DNA of 64,000 nucleotides from an uncultured delta proteobacterium (GTDB lineage: Bacteria; Myxococcota; Myxococcia; Myxococcales; Myxococcaceae), in NCBI GenBank assembly GCA_963713045.1, contig CAVQKE010000006.1:160001-224000 (forward strand), given 5' to 3'. The notes beneath the pieces are model-generated. The model made no database searches, was not told the origin of the DNA, and was given only the letters and a program-made list of their open reading frames with translations. The translations under genes and the position numbers were made by a program. Positions 53,401 to 64,000 of the stretch are shown piece by piece; positions within the stretch are counted from its first letter, which is position 1; each line of letters opens with the position of its first letter.

Positions 53401-54720
53401 CTACGGCGTCTCCCCCAGCGAATAAAGGCCTCCGAAGGCGTCAGGCGGCGCCAGGGGCATGTCGGCGTCGGAGCTCGTCCACGAGGCGGCGACGTAAATA
53501 GTGCCGTCCGCGCCGATGGCTGGCGAGGCGAAGGCAGCGTTGGGACCGAACACCCAAGCGGCGCCCCCGTCGGGGAGAATCGCTCGCAGCCCGCTGCCAA
53601 GGGTCTGGGGACCACAGGTGCAGTTACTGCTGGGGCACCCCGGACCGCAGGTTGCTATCGCGATGTCCATCGTACCGACGTACGCCGTTCCGTCGCCTCC
53701 AAGAATCGGTGGCCACAGGGCGTCGTTGCTCGGGTACGGCGAGTCCCATTGCTGGACGCCGGTGGCCCCCACTGCGATGAGGCCGGTGCCGATGTAGCTT
53801 GCACTCACGAGATAAACGGTTCCATCCGCGGCCGACACCGGCGGCACCCACGGGAATGGGTCTGACAAGCTCGCGCTCCACAGCTGTGCTCCCGACGGGG
53901 TCAGCGCTCGCAGTGCGCCTTGGTCGACGAGGTAGATGGTGCCGTCGTCTCCGAGCGAGGCCTGGTACCCAGGGGTCGTCCATAGCGCGACCCCCGAGCC
54001 GTTGAACGCACTGAGCCCCGTCTGGGCGCCGCCCGCGTAGACCGTGCCATCCGGACCTACCAGCGGAGTCCCGGCGCCGAAACCAGCCGCGGTGTTGGGG
54101 TTGACGGTCGCTGCCCACATCGCGCCGCCGTCAGACCAGAACGCCAAGAGCTTGTAGGTTGTCGTGAGGTAAATCGCGCCGTCTGGGGCTACCGTTGGAG
54201 AGGAGTACGCGTTGTCGGTGAGCGGTGCCACCCACACCACACAGCCGCTGGGCGCGACGGCATAGAGCCCGCCGTCGCCGTCGAAGTCGCTGCCGATAAC
54301 TAATGAGCCGTCAGCACGAATCGCCGGGGTCCCGTTGAATTCTTCGCCGGCCTCGGCATTGAAGGGAACTAGGCTCCATCTCAGTGTGCCGTCCGGGCGG
54401 AAGGCTTGGAGCGTCGAGCCGTTCGCGTCGTCGGTCACGGCGTAAACCGTGCCGTCGGCGGCAATCGATGGCTGGAACAAGAAGTTTCCAGGCACGAACC
54501 ACTTCGCCGTTGGCTGAGCCGGGCCCACCGCCGCGGCCCGCCCGTTGAGGCGCGGCCCGGCTTGGTACATGGGCCAGGGCGAGCCGCTCTGCAGCGCCAG
54601 AACCAACCCGCCGTCGCTCTCGCCGTTCGCCGCCCCGGTGCAGAGCGGCGTGACCCGGCCGACGTTGAGTGACCCATTGCAGGCCGCGAGCAAGACGAAC
54701 AGCCAAGCCGAGTAACGCAC
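53401..54720 (-). CDS. PQQ-like beta-propeller lipoprotein
   Basis: Lipobox LAAC; SPWPMYQ; about eight P.I..DGT(V/I)Y...L.A....G...W blades. Confidence 0.88.
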   Translation of the reverse strand: MRYSAWLFVLLAACNGSLNVGRVTPLCTGAANGESDGGLVLALQSGSPWPMYQAGPRLNGRAAAVGPAQPTAKWFVPGNFLFQPSIAADGTVYAVTDDANGSTLQAFRPDGTLRWSLVPFNAEAGEEFNGTPAIRADGSLVIGSDFDGDGGLYAVAPSGCVVWVAPLTDNAYSSPTVAPDGAIYLTTTYKLLAFWSDGGAMWAATVNPNTAAGFGAGTPLVGPDGTVYAGGAQTGLSAFNGSGVALWTTPGYQASLGDDGTIYLVDQGALRALTPSGAQLWSASLSDPFPWVPPVSAADGTVYLVSASYIGTGLIAVGATGVQQWDSPYPSNDALWPPILGGDGTAYVGTMDIAIATCGPGCPSSNCTCGPQTLGSGLRAILPDGGAAWVFGPNAAFASPAIGADGTIYVAASWTSSDADMPLAPPDAFGGLYSLGETP

Positions 54721-54897
54721 GCGCTGAGCTCCCGAGAGCGAATTCACCGGCCAGCAAATGGGCAAACCACAGGCAACCTTACAGGTCGAGCGCGGGGACA
54801 GGCGAGCCGGACGCGACGACTAGCGCCAGGTCCTCGGTCGACGACCGAAGGCGGTGTCGCAGCTACGACGTCGCTCGGCGAGGTCCTAGGATTCATG

Positions 54898-54926
54898 TTG
54901 AGTCTTATTTACAACTCATATATAAC
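54898..54926 (+). promoter_or_regulatory. Putative sigma70 promoter for parB
   Basis: TTGAGT-17 bp-TATAAC in an AT-rich patch, 50 bp upstream of the AGGAG/GTG start. Confidence 0.55.
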
Positions 54927-54975
54927 CCAAGTATGACCCACTAGGTTCCACGGCAGTCCGCCAAAGGAGCGAGAC

Positions 54976-56091
54976 GTGAAGACTGAAGAGTCCGGCGAGC
55001 GAAGTACTGCGGCACTCAAGGCCCTCTGGGCGGAGAAGATGCCGCGGCCTCTCAACGTGCCGACGCGGCCCGACAGTGGGCAACTCGTCGACCTGCCGCT
55101 CGAGGGCCTCGAGGACAGCCCCTTCCAGGTGAAGCAGTACGACGACGCCCGTGTGAGGGACCTCGCTGAAACAATTCGGCGCCAGGGCTTGCTTCAGCCG
55201 GCGACCATTCGCAGTGTTGGTGACAAATTCCAACTCATCTCCGGCCACGCCCGCCGCGCCGCTCTACGCCTCCTGCGCGACAAAGTCGCGACGAATTCGG
55301 AGGAGAGAGCCCGGTACAGCACCATCCGCTGCGTGTTGCTGGTCGGCGTAGACGACGCCCGGGCCGCCGCGCTCACGGCCATCGAAAACCTTCAGCGAGA
55401 CGACGGCACGCCTCTGGAGCAAGCGCTCATGGTTGCCAGGGCTCGGGATGCGGGCGGCTACCAGAACATCCCGGAAACCGCTGCGGCACTGGGGTTGCCG
55501 CTGGGACGGGTGCGTCAGTACCTCCAACTTGCCGAGGCACCTGTCGTGCTTCAGCGAGCCGTTGCGCCCGGGGTCATGGTGGTCCGAGACGACGGAGGCC
55601 GCGAGCGTGTCCCGCTACCCATTACCAGTGTCCTCGCCGTCCGGCCGTACTACGACTTCCTTGTCGAGAACCGGCTGGTGGAGCTCAAGGGAGAATCCGC
55701 CGTCCAGCGGCGGCGTGAGGAGCGACGGGGCCGCATCGACGACAGCGTGGAGGCGCGGCAGCGGGAGATGGCTCGGCGTCAGGAGTCAGCGGCCGAATTT
55801 GCGGCGGAGAAGACAGAGCGGCTTCTCGAGCGCGCTGCGCGCTACCTCTGGACGGTTGGGCAAGTCCAGGCCCACGTGCGCAGCGCCACGCGTCCGGGTG
55901 CGCCTGCGCGGCGCGACGCAGCTTCCGACGACACCACCGGCAACGGGGATTTGCCGAGCTCGCCCCGCCTCTATGAGGACAAGGGTGGGCGGCTCACCAT
56001 CTGGCCCTCGACGGCTCGGAGGGCGGCGACGACGGACCGTACTTCGCTGGCGGCGAAGCTGCGCGCCCTACTCAGCGAGCTCGAGGCCTGA
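54976..56091 (+). CDS. ParB/Spo0J-family protein (no adjacent parA)
   Basis: LAETIRRQGLLQP, LISGHARR, AIENLQR, HTH TAAALGLPLGRVRQYL. Confidence 0.88.
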   Translation: MKTEESGERSTAALKALWAEKMPRPLNVPTRPDSGQLVDLPLEGLEDSPFQVKQYDDARVRDLAETIRRQGLLQPATIRSVGDKFQLISGHARRAALRLLRDKVATNSEERARYSTIRCVLLVGVDDARAAALTAIENLQRDDGTPLEQALMVARARDAGGYQNIPETAAALGLPLGRVRQYLQLAEAPVVLQRAVAPGVMVVRDDGGRERVPLPITSVLAVRPYYDFLVENRLVELKGESAVQRRREERRGRIDDSVEARQREMARRQESAAEFAAEKTERLLERAARYLWTVGQVQAHVRSATRPGAPARRDAASDDTTGNGDLPSSPRLYEDKGGRLTIWPSTARRAATTDRTSLAAKLRALLSELEA

Positions 56092-56311
56092 AATGGGGTT
56101 CCCGCAATTGATTGCGTTTTCCCTCCTAAGAGCCGCTTTTGGCCCCTAAAGCCGCCCGCAGCACGGCTCAAAAAATGGCTCATCGAAGGCGCCACTTTCC
56201 GAGCGAGTCCGAGGGCACGGCGGTGCGGTCTGTGCTCAGGCTTCCGCAGTCATTGCGCCGCAGTGCCTCGTCCACCCACTCCCTCTGCGCGGAGACGTGC
56301 AGCACCCCTTC

Positions 56312-56362
56312 GTTTCCCGACCACCCTCTCCCTACCAATGACTGAGAGGGTGGTCGGGAAAC
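56312..56362. repeat. 19-bp perfect inverted repeat (candidate oriT or ParB site)
   Basis: GTTTCCCGACCACCCTCTC-N13-GAGAGGGTGGTCGGGAAAC between parB and the relaxase. Confidence 0.8.
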
Positions 56363-56451
56363 TTCGGAGTGCATCCTAAAATCGAATGGGTGGCAAAGGG
56401 CTGAAAAAATGAAGTCTGAGCAGTCAAGGGACAGACAAGGCGGGGTGGGAC

Positions 56452-57695
56452 ATGGACATGGACATACAGAAGCAAGGCCACCAATGCAGCGGCGGCAGCA
56501 GACAGCGCGGAATCGAATGTGAAGGCAGTGGAGGAAGTGAGGGGCGGAGTGAAGCGTGGGCAGCGGCAAGGCGCGGCGTGGTGAAGCGACGGCCCGGGCA
56601 ACTGAAGCAGCGAGACAGGGACCTTGTCGCGCTTCTTGGAATCTGCCGGTACCTGACAGCACGGCAGCTCGTCCAGCTCGGTAGTGGAGCCAGGACAGAG
56701 AAAGCAGGGACGTACCGGCTGCGAGGCCTGGCCGGCGATGCAACGCGAGCGAAGGTACGACCGTTCGAGCCTGCCTTGCTGAGAGCTCTGCCCTTCCGCA
56801 GCTTTGATGGGCGGCCCTTCGAGCTGTGGGCACTGACACCTGCAGGCTATGCCGTGGCAGGTGCGGAGCTCGGCCGGCTTCTACGCGTCCCCCGGGTGGA
56901 CGTTGGCGCCAGCTTCGCCGAGCATTCGGCATTCCTGACGGACATGTTCGTCAGGCTTGGCCGGCCCTTTCCTTCAGGCCGGAGTTCGTCCGTTGCACTT
57001 TCCCTTCCGGTGGGACGTCGCCGAGGACGTGGAGCTGCCCTGGCGTGAGCGGGGAGCGGGTGGCCTGGAAAAGGCGCGCGTCATCCGTCCTGACGCGGTG
57101 CTGGAGCTAACGGCTGTGCATCGCCGCTTCTTCATCGAGTGCGAAATGGGGACACACACGCTCCAGCCGGTCAGCCTAGAGAAGGCGCAGGCGACGGTGC
57201 GCAAGGTCGAGAGGTACGACGCATATGTCTCCGGCAACCACGCGGGGGCCTCTCACTACCAGCGCAAGTACCCCGACAGCTGGCCGTGTGAGGTGCTCTT
57301 CCTGGTACAGACAGAGAGCCGCCGGCGAAGCACGGCAGACGTGCTGTCACAAGCGCGCACGCATCGCGCAGCGCGTGTCGCGACGCGGGCCTTCACGCTT
57401 AGCGAGGCGGTCGAGTACTGCCGAGGAGCTGCCGTTCCGGAGGGAGTCGCAGCGAAATTGGCCCCAGCCGCTCACAACCCTGGACTGAAACACTTCTACG
57501 GGGAGCGGAGCATCGAGCGGTGAACGAATTCGTCGTGGACATGGCAGCAGCGCTCTCTTCCGCGAATGGCTTCTCCGGAGGAACGGCCTCACCGCGGTGC
57601 CCGAGCCGGCGTCCAAGGCGGGAATGCTCGACTTTCTCCGGAGGGCCCGAGCCGAGAGCACCAGCAACGAAGCGACCGAGGCCCACCATGGCTGA
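56452..57695 (+). CDS. Replication-relaxation (Replic_Relax, MOBC-like) relaxase, frameshifted
   Basis: RDRDLVALL..RYLTARQL wHTH, WALTPAG, EHSAFL, then IRPDAVL..FFIECEMGT..KVERY (PD-(D/E)xK-like); breaks near 56970, 57505 and 57575. Confidence 0.8.
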
Positions 57696-59492
57696 CCGTG
57701 GGCATTCACGAAGCCTCCAAGGGTCTCGTCCGATTAACTGCTCCTCTGTCGGGGTGCTGGCCCTGGTGGCGGCGGAGTGCGCGTACCAGAGCGACGGAAC
57801 GTGGCTACGTACCGTGCCGCCTCCGCTCAGGCGGCGCTCGGTAGCGGACATCCGCTTCTATGGGTATTGGCGGCACTGGTTTGTCGACAACGCGTGGCTG
57901 CTCGCGGCTGGAGCTCTCGTGGTCGGTGCCCTGGCCGCTGCTCGGGCTGCGTCAGGGTCTCATCCACTGGAACCGAGTGAGCGACCGCGTCAGCGGGACA
58001 CGCCCGCGGGCGGCACCCGTCACGTTTCCCATGACAGATGTCGATGTCCTCCGCCAAATCCGAAGCCGTCCGTCCGGCCACCTCTTCGTGGGAATGACGC
58101 CGCGCAAGAGGCTTTTCGGGTGGGGATGGCGGCCTGTTTACCTGTCGCCTCAGCAACGCAGCACGCACCGGCACGTCATTGGAAAGACGGGCAGCGGGAA
58201 AACCGTGAGCGTCCTCTGGCCAAGCGTCCTCCAGGACGCGCTGGACGGGAAAGGCGTGCTCTTCATTTCCGGGAAGGGCTCCGACGAGGAGCTTTGCATG
58301 ATGAAGGCGATTGCCGCGGTGGCCAGGCGGAAGGACGAGCTCCGCGTCTTCTCGCTTCCAGCTTGGAATGTCCCGCAGTTCTTCACGCACGCCTACAACA
58401 TGGTTTACGTGCGGCCGCGGACCGCAAACTCCGTCGGAGGAGACCCGGTGGCCACGGCGCAGCGCGTCTTCTCGGTGCTGCCCATGGGCGACAACCCGTT
58501 CTACAAAACGCACGCGGAAGTCATGTTCACAAACCTGTGCCGCCTCCTGCACGGGATGGTGGACGAGCGCGGCAACGGCATCCCTTTCGTCGTGCGCGAC
58601 ATCTCGGTATGCCTCAAGGCCATCGGCAACGTCGGGGCCTGGGCCCGTGCACTGCAGTACTGTCTCGACAACTCCGTGGAGCGAGAGACCGCCGAGGAAA
58701 TCAAGTCGCAGGTGCGGCAGCTCGACCGAGAGGTGCTGAAGACGCTGTCTGGACTCGTCGGGGCGCTGGAGAAGTACCAAAGCCCCATCGTCAACGCATA
58801 TGCGCCGGACATTATCTTCGAGGAGGTGCTCCAGACGAATGGGCTCGTCTACGTCCAACTGCCGGCCAACCTCTTCCGTCTCCAGGCGCCAGCCCTGGGA
58901 AAGCTGCTCCTCATGGACGTCCAGCAGGAGGGAAGCCTGCGCCAGGTGTTTCGTCGAGAGCGCAACCAGAGGCCATTCGCTGTCACCGTGGATGAGTTCT
59001 ACACCTTCGCCGACCTCTCCATCGTCGACAGCCTCAACAAGCTCCGGGACGCGCACCTGGAATACACCCTCGCCCACCAGTCCCTCGCGGACCTAGAACT
59101 CGTCTCGAGGGAGTTCGCCACGGCCGTCTGGGACGACACCTGCACCAAGGACATTCTCCATCAGGACAGTCCCGAGCTGTGCGATTGAATAGCCAAGACT
59201 CTGGGCACGCACGAGGTGACCGAGCTCACCGTCCGCCGGAAGCAGGGGACCGCTCATGACGAGCCTCTCCACTGGAGAGGCGTCGTCGCGGATGGTGGAT
59301 GCCTACCGGCTGCATCCCAACGCCATCAAGAATCTCGCCCGCTGCGGCCAGGGCTACTTGCTGTCTGACACCGTTCTCAAGCCCGTCGCGTATGGAATGT
59401 TGCCGTCGCTTTCCCTGCACGATTCGCTCCTTCGAAAGCAACAGCACGAGGCGAAGGGGCTGCGGCTCTACGACGCATTCATCAGAGTTTAG
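57688..59492 (+). CDS. TraD/VirD4-like type IV coupling protein, frameshifted
   Basis: N-terminal hydrophobic segments, HRHVIGKTGSGKT Walker A, VTVDEF Walker B, AHQSLADL; C-terminus continues to 59492. Confidence 0.85.
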
Positions 59493-59531
59493 TAGTGTCC
59501 AGTCGGTTGGACATTTTGAGGGGACTGCGTT

Positions 59532-59738
59532 ATGACTGGGAAGGAGCTACTCAGGCTCCTGGTGAAGAAACACGGGTGCGTCGTCTTGCGGGTCAAAGGC
59601 TCGCACCACCAAGTGCGATGCGGAAAGTGTCAGACGACCGTGCCTGTTCACGGAAGCGAGGAGATCGGTGCGGGCCTGATGGCAGCGATTGGGCGGGACC
59701 TGGAACCCTGCTTGGGAAAGCGATGGTGGAAGCGGTGA
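59532..59738 (+). CDS. hicA: HicA-family toxin
   Basis: KELLRLL..G..LRVKGSH..TTVPVH..I. Confidence 0.9.
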   Translation: MTGKELLRLLVKKHGCVVLRVKGSHHQVRCGKCQTTVPVHGSEEIGAGLMAAIGRDLEPCLGKRWWKR

Positions 59739-60169
59739 GCAGATAATGTTCTCTACGAACGCGGCACGGACGGCTGGTGGACCGCCACGGTTAGCGGTGT
59801 TCGCGGCTGCCACACTCAGGGTCGCAGCATTGAGCAGGCGGAGAACCGAATCCGCGAAGCCCTTGGCCTCTACGTTGACGATGCAGAGCGTGCCGAACTC
59901 GTCCGTCAGGTCCGGCTGCCCCGCCGCCTACGCGAGCTCGTGACCGGATGTTTCGTCTCAAGAGCCGAGAGCAGCAGATCTTCGAGATGTACTTGGAGCT
60001 TTTCCGGAGCGCGGCAACCAAGCTGCGCGAGGAGGAGCATTTAAGCGTCCGTGACGTGCACGTGCTCCTCGGAACGTCGAAGTCGCTGGTTTCGTTGCGC
60101 CAGACCGAGCAGATTGCCAAAGCTGGCGTCCGTAAAGCTGCGAAGAGGCAGCCCATTGTCCCGGCATAA
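59735..60169 (+). CDS. hicB: HicB-like antitoxin with C-terminal HTH, frameshifted
   Basis: Untracked frame NVLYERGTDGWWTATVSGVRGCHTQGRSIEQAENRIREAL, then LSVRDVHVLLGTSKSLVS; GTG start overlaps the hicA stop. Confidence 0.82.
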
Positions 60170-60242
60170 GGCTTCTCTGTTGGATTTGAGGTGGAGACGC
60201 ACATCTTTGTCTGACGCGCTCGGCGGCGCTTGAAGCTACCGC

Positions 60243-60784
60243 ATGGATTCGATTGAGAAAGCGCGACTGCTGCGAGGCCTCACGCTTGAGACTGAGTGCG
60301 AGGAGGCAGCGAAGGCGTTTCTCTTCTCAAAGATCGATCGACCCAGATTGAGTCACTGAGGTGATGCGTGGCGGCGCGGCAGCTAGGACTAGAGAAGACG
60401 GCGGCGTGGCTCCTTGGCGAGCTGAGCCCGGCATGGGATCCACAATCGAAGCGCTGCATGCTGTGCTGAATGACCACGAGGCGACGGAAGCCCTCCGAGG
60501 ACAGGTGATTGAATCCCTCGGGAATCAAGTCAGTCATCTGAAGGGCGGCGAAACATACGAGCGCGCCGCCGACGCTTCGACCTCTGCTCGATGAGCCGTC
60601 AGTGGAGATTCGTTACAATGTGGTCTTTGCGCTTGGAGCGCTACGCTGCCGTCGTGCGCGCCCAATGCTCGAGCGCATCGCGTCCGAGGACCATCGTCGC
60701 TACCGTGGCCTGGAAACGGTGAGTGAAGCCGCTCGCTCCAGTATCGAATGCATCGACTGTGAACCTCATGGGCGACATCGGTGA
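60243..60784 (+). pseudogene. HEAT-repeat protein, fragmented
   Basis: Pieces ALRGQVIESLG and EIRYNVVFALGAL..ARPMLERIA lie in shifting frames. Confidence 0.55.
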
Positions 60785-60811
60785 AGGCGCCCGCCGGCTT
60801 CCTGCTCGAGG

Positions 60812-61503
60812 ATGAGCGCGCGCTTCGCTCGCATCTGCGCGGGTGCGTGTGTGTGCCTCCTTCCGTCGATAGCCTGGGCGGACGCTGGCATCCCGATGCT
60901 CGTCCTTGTTTGGCCTGGGGCTTGGCTTGCGCTTTTGCCGGTTGTTCTCGTCGAGGCCCTTGTAGCCCGGAGACTTCTTCGGTTGGGGTTTCGACGCTCG
61001 CTCAAAGTGGCGTTGGTCGCGAACCTCGTTTCGACTGGAGTGGGAATCCCTGTCACGTGGTTCGCCCTCGTGTTGGTTGAAATGTGGGCGCGGCTCTCGG
61101 ATTTGCTGGTGCGACTCTCGCTGGCATTACCTCTGAGCCAGGCCGTTGGTTCCAAATTGCCTTCTTTCCGTTTATGGCCGCATGGCTGCCGGACGGTGCG
61201 CCTTGGATGGTCGTGGCGGCGGCCGTAATTCTTTGTGTTCCGTTCTACTTCGTCTCGGTGTGGCTGGAGTTTCTCGTTGCCCGCCGTCTCCTTCCTGATT
61301 TGAGCCGGTCCAAGTCAAGAGTTGGAGCCGCGTCGCGAACGGTGTCAGCTACGGACTCATTATTCTTGTTTTCTTGGGTTACATGCTCTATCTCGTGGGC
61401 AAATAGAGCGGGTGAGGCCGCCAGCCTGTTCCTACCCGACTACAGTCCGCTGCCTCACCGTTTGCCCTTGGATGTACCGGACTTGGCGACTGGGTCAGAC
61501 TGA
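60812..61503 (+). CDS. Multi-TM hypothetical protein, frameshifted
   Basis: WADAGIPML..VVLVEALV..ANLVST..GIP, then AAWL..VPFYFVSVWLE in a second frame. Confidence 0.6.
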
Positions 61504-61546
61504 AACTCCCAACGTCGACGGTTCAGTAGGCTCCGCCAAGGTTCCG

Positions 61547-61977
61547 CTACGGAATCCCAAATCCGTCCACGCAGGTGTAACCGCCGTCACCTCCGGACGA
61601 CTCCGGTATCACGATGCATTGAGCTGTGTTGGGATCTCCGCAAATCGGAGGTACGCCGAACCTGCAACCCTGGCTCTGATACTGCGAATAGAGGGCTTGA
61701 AGCTGGGCTGAATGCGCAGGGTTGACACTCGTGTTGCAGGTTCCGGCGAGCTCCTCGGGCGTCGTGTTTCCGCTGCTGTCCTCCAATGACTCCGTTACGG
61801 GCAGCTGAACCGAGCGGGGCCAGACGCGCCTGGATCGCACGATTTCGCGTACGGCGTTGCGGTGATGTACTCAGCGACAATTTCCTGGCAACTCGTGGAG
61901 CAACCCGAGGTTGCCAGGGCAACGGCGACCACGCTGATGGTTGCCTTGAAGCTCTTCGAGGAGGAGCTCACGCCCAT
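61547..61977 (-). CDS. Cys-rich lipoprotein, frameshifted
   Basis: Lipobox TSGC in 61795-61977; continues in the 61547-61840 frame with further Cys residues. Confidence 0.55.
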
Positions 61978-62262
61978 CTCCGAGCGCTAAGTTTCCAGGC
62001 GACGCTGCGGGCGGTCAAGCGACGCTCTTTCACCATCCCGCGCCTCGGACTGCATCGTCTTCGGGGACTGAAATTCCCGGTGTCTACCGTTACCGCATTA
62101 ATGCCTACGCCACCGCCGACCGGAGCCCGCTCGAACCCAGCACATTCGGGCCGTGCCAATTTCGGACGGGACGGCGAAGTCCCGTAACTAACCAATGCTG
62201 GCTTCCGTCCGGGTGTCAGCGCGAAACTTGGTTCTTCTTCCGACGGGCCCCCTTACACTCGC

Positions 62263-64000
62263 GTGATGCGCTGTCCTACGTGCGCCGTCCCGCTTCCCGC
62301 CGGCGAGGGGCGCTGCCCCGCATGCGGGACAGCCGCAATGACGTCGGCGCGCAACCTGGAAGAGACCCTGCCGAGCGTGGGGCCGCCCGAGGGTAACCCG
62401 CCGTCGGGCGCGTTCATCGCGCCCACCGAAGCGGGGCGATTCGAGACCGGCACGATTCTCGCCGGCCGCTACCGGATCGTCGGCCTTCTCGGACGCGGCG
62501 GCATGGGGGAAGTCTACCGGGCCGACGATCTGAAGCTTGGGCGAGCGGTCGCACTCAAGTTTCTTCCGGAAGGGATGGACCGGGATCAGGGACGTCTGGT
62601 CCGCTTCCTAAACGAGGTCCGCACGGCGCTTCGGGTGACCCATCTCAACGTCTGTCGTGTCCACGACGTGGGCGAGTTCGGAGGGTACCACTTCCTCTCC
62701 ATGGAATACGTCGATGGAGAAGACCTGGCCACGCTCCTGCGGCGGATCGGCCGTCTTCCGGAAGACCGTGCCATCCGGGTCGCGCGGCAACTCTGCGCCG
62801 GCCTCGGCGCGGCCCACACGGAGGGTGTCCTGCACCGCGACCTCAAACCCGCGAACGTTATGATCGACGGTCGCGGCGACGCTAGAGATCACTGACTTCG
62901 GTATCGCTGGCGCGGTGGGGGAATTCCACGACGAAGGAGATCCGGGTCGGTACACCGGCGTACATGTCCCCGGAGCAGATGGAAGGCCGCGAGGTCACCG
63001 TCCGAAGCGACATCTACTCGATGGGGCTGGTCCTCTATGAACTCTTCTCGGGGAAACCAGGCTTCGAGGGAGGGTCGCTGCCGGATATCGCGCGCAGTCG
63101 GGCGACAGATCCTCCGAGCCTCTCTACTGTGGTGCCGGGCCTCGATCCGGCAGTCGGGCGCATCGTCGCCCGGTGTCAGCCTACCGACCCCGCGGCCCGG
63201 CCGTCCTCGGCGGCCGCCATCGCAGCGGCGCTTCCCGGCGGCTATCCCCTGGCGGCGGCGTTGGCAGCTGGGGAGACCCCATCGCCGGAGATGGTGGCCG
63301 AGTCGGGACCCTCCAGCGGTCTGCGACCCGGCGCGGCGGTCGCGCTCGTGGTTGTCGCGGTCATCGCCCTCGTCGGGGTCTGCGGTTCTGTCGAGCTGCA
63401 CAGTGCTGGTCAGCCGGGTGGCGCTCGATTCTCTCTCCCGGTCCTTGCCAACAAGGCCAGCGACGTGATCCGCGCTGCGGGGTGGGGCGAAGCGACGCAG
63501 GATCGCGTTTTCGAGTGGGTTCCGAACGTGCCTTACTACGAGCACTGGTCCGCGACGAGCCAAGCGCCGATCGATGGCGCGCTTTCGACCGGACGTGTCC
63601 CCCCGCCTGCTCTTCGCCTACCGCGAAAGCCCGGAACCGCTGGTGAGGATAAACCCGGGCACTGTTGGCGAATGGATGAGCGACCCCCCGCCGTCGGAGG
63701 CCGGAATGGTGGAGGTGCAGCTCGACGCCGATGGTCGCCTCCGCGCCTTCCGGGCGACCCCTAGACCCTTCGAGTCGAGCGAACGAACCGGCGGCAACGT
63801 CGACTTCGCTTTCTTTTTCCGGGCAGCCGGGCCTCGACCTTGCGACCTTCACCGTGGCGGAACCGGTCCTTAGCCAGGAGACGTTTTGCGGGACGTCGCA
63901 CCGCATGGATTGGCCACTATTCCGAAGTGGCTGACTGGGACGTCCGAATCGAGGGAGCGACCCTTGCCGGCCGCGTCGTCGCGTTCCGGATCCTCGACCC
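62263..64000 (+). CDS. Ser/Thr protein kinase with N-terminal zinc ribbon and TM, frameshifted, 3'-truncated
   Basis: CPTC..CPAC, GRGGMGEVY, VALK, HRDLKPAN, then TDFG and GTPAYMSPEQ after frameshifts. Confidence 0.88.

Larger units (their letters stand above)
49917..64000. mobile_element. tRNA-Phe-integrated genomic island, probable integrative mobilizable element (right end outside window)
   Basis: int and xis next to the tRNA, ParB, relaxase, coupling protein, hicAB; visibly more AT-rich than the core; no copy of the tRNA 3' end seen before the window edge. Confidence 0.85.

Noticed and set aside
49917..64000. Prophage interpretation of the island; attR direct repeat
   Set aside because: No capsid, terminase or tail genes, and relaxase plus T4CP point to mobilisation. 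No second copy of the tRNA 3' end was found in the window.

Overview
High-GC bacterial chromosome segment from a myxobacterium (Myxococcota). The assignment rests on a recognisable pomY-pomZ-pomX division cluster, a tandem-domain Ser/Thr kinase and typical lipoproteins. Bases 1-49.9 kb are mostly core genes: atpF (3' part), ychF, pdxA-surA plus two PpiC genes, queE, an ABC-2 exporter, ettA, pomYZX, rnz, a frameshifted hppA, a DprE1/DprE2-like pair, a RapA-like helicase, an MsbA-like transporter, dnaJ, an LpoA-like lipoprotein and gyrA. This part also holds one complete but inactivated IS5-family element and a small IS5 remnant. A genomic island starts at tRNA-Phe (49844-49916) and runs off the right edge. 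It carries a tyrosine integrase whose C-terminus is read antisense through the tRNA, an Xis-like HTH gene and a solo ParB. It also carries a 19-bp perfect inverted repeat (candidate oriT or ParB site), a Replic_Relax-type relaxase, a TraD/VirD4-like coupling protein and hicAB. This looks like an integrative mobilizable element, with cargo of lipoproteins, a HEAT protein and a kinase. Many island genes and hppA contain frameshifts, which may be sequencing errors. All calls are by eye from motifs; no database searches were run.
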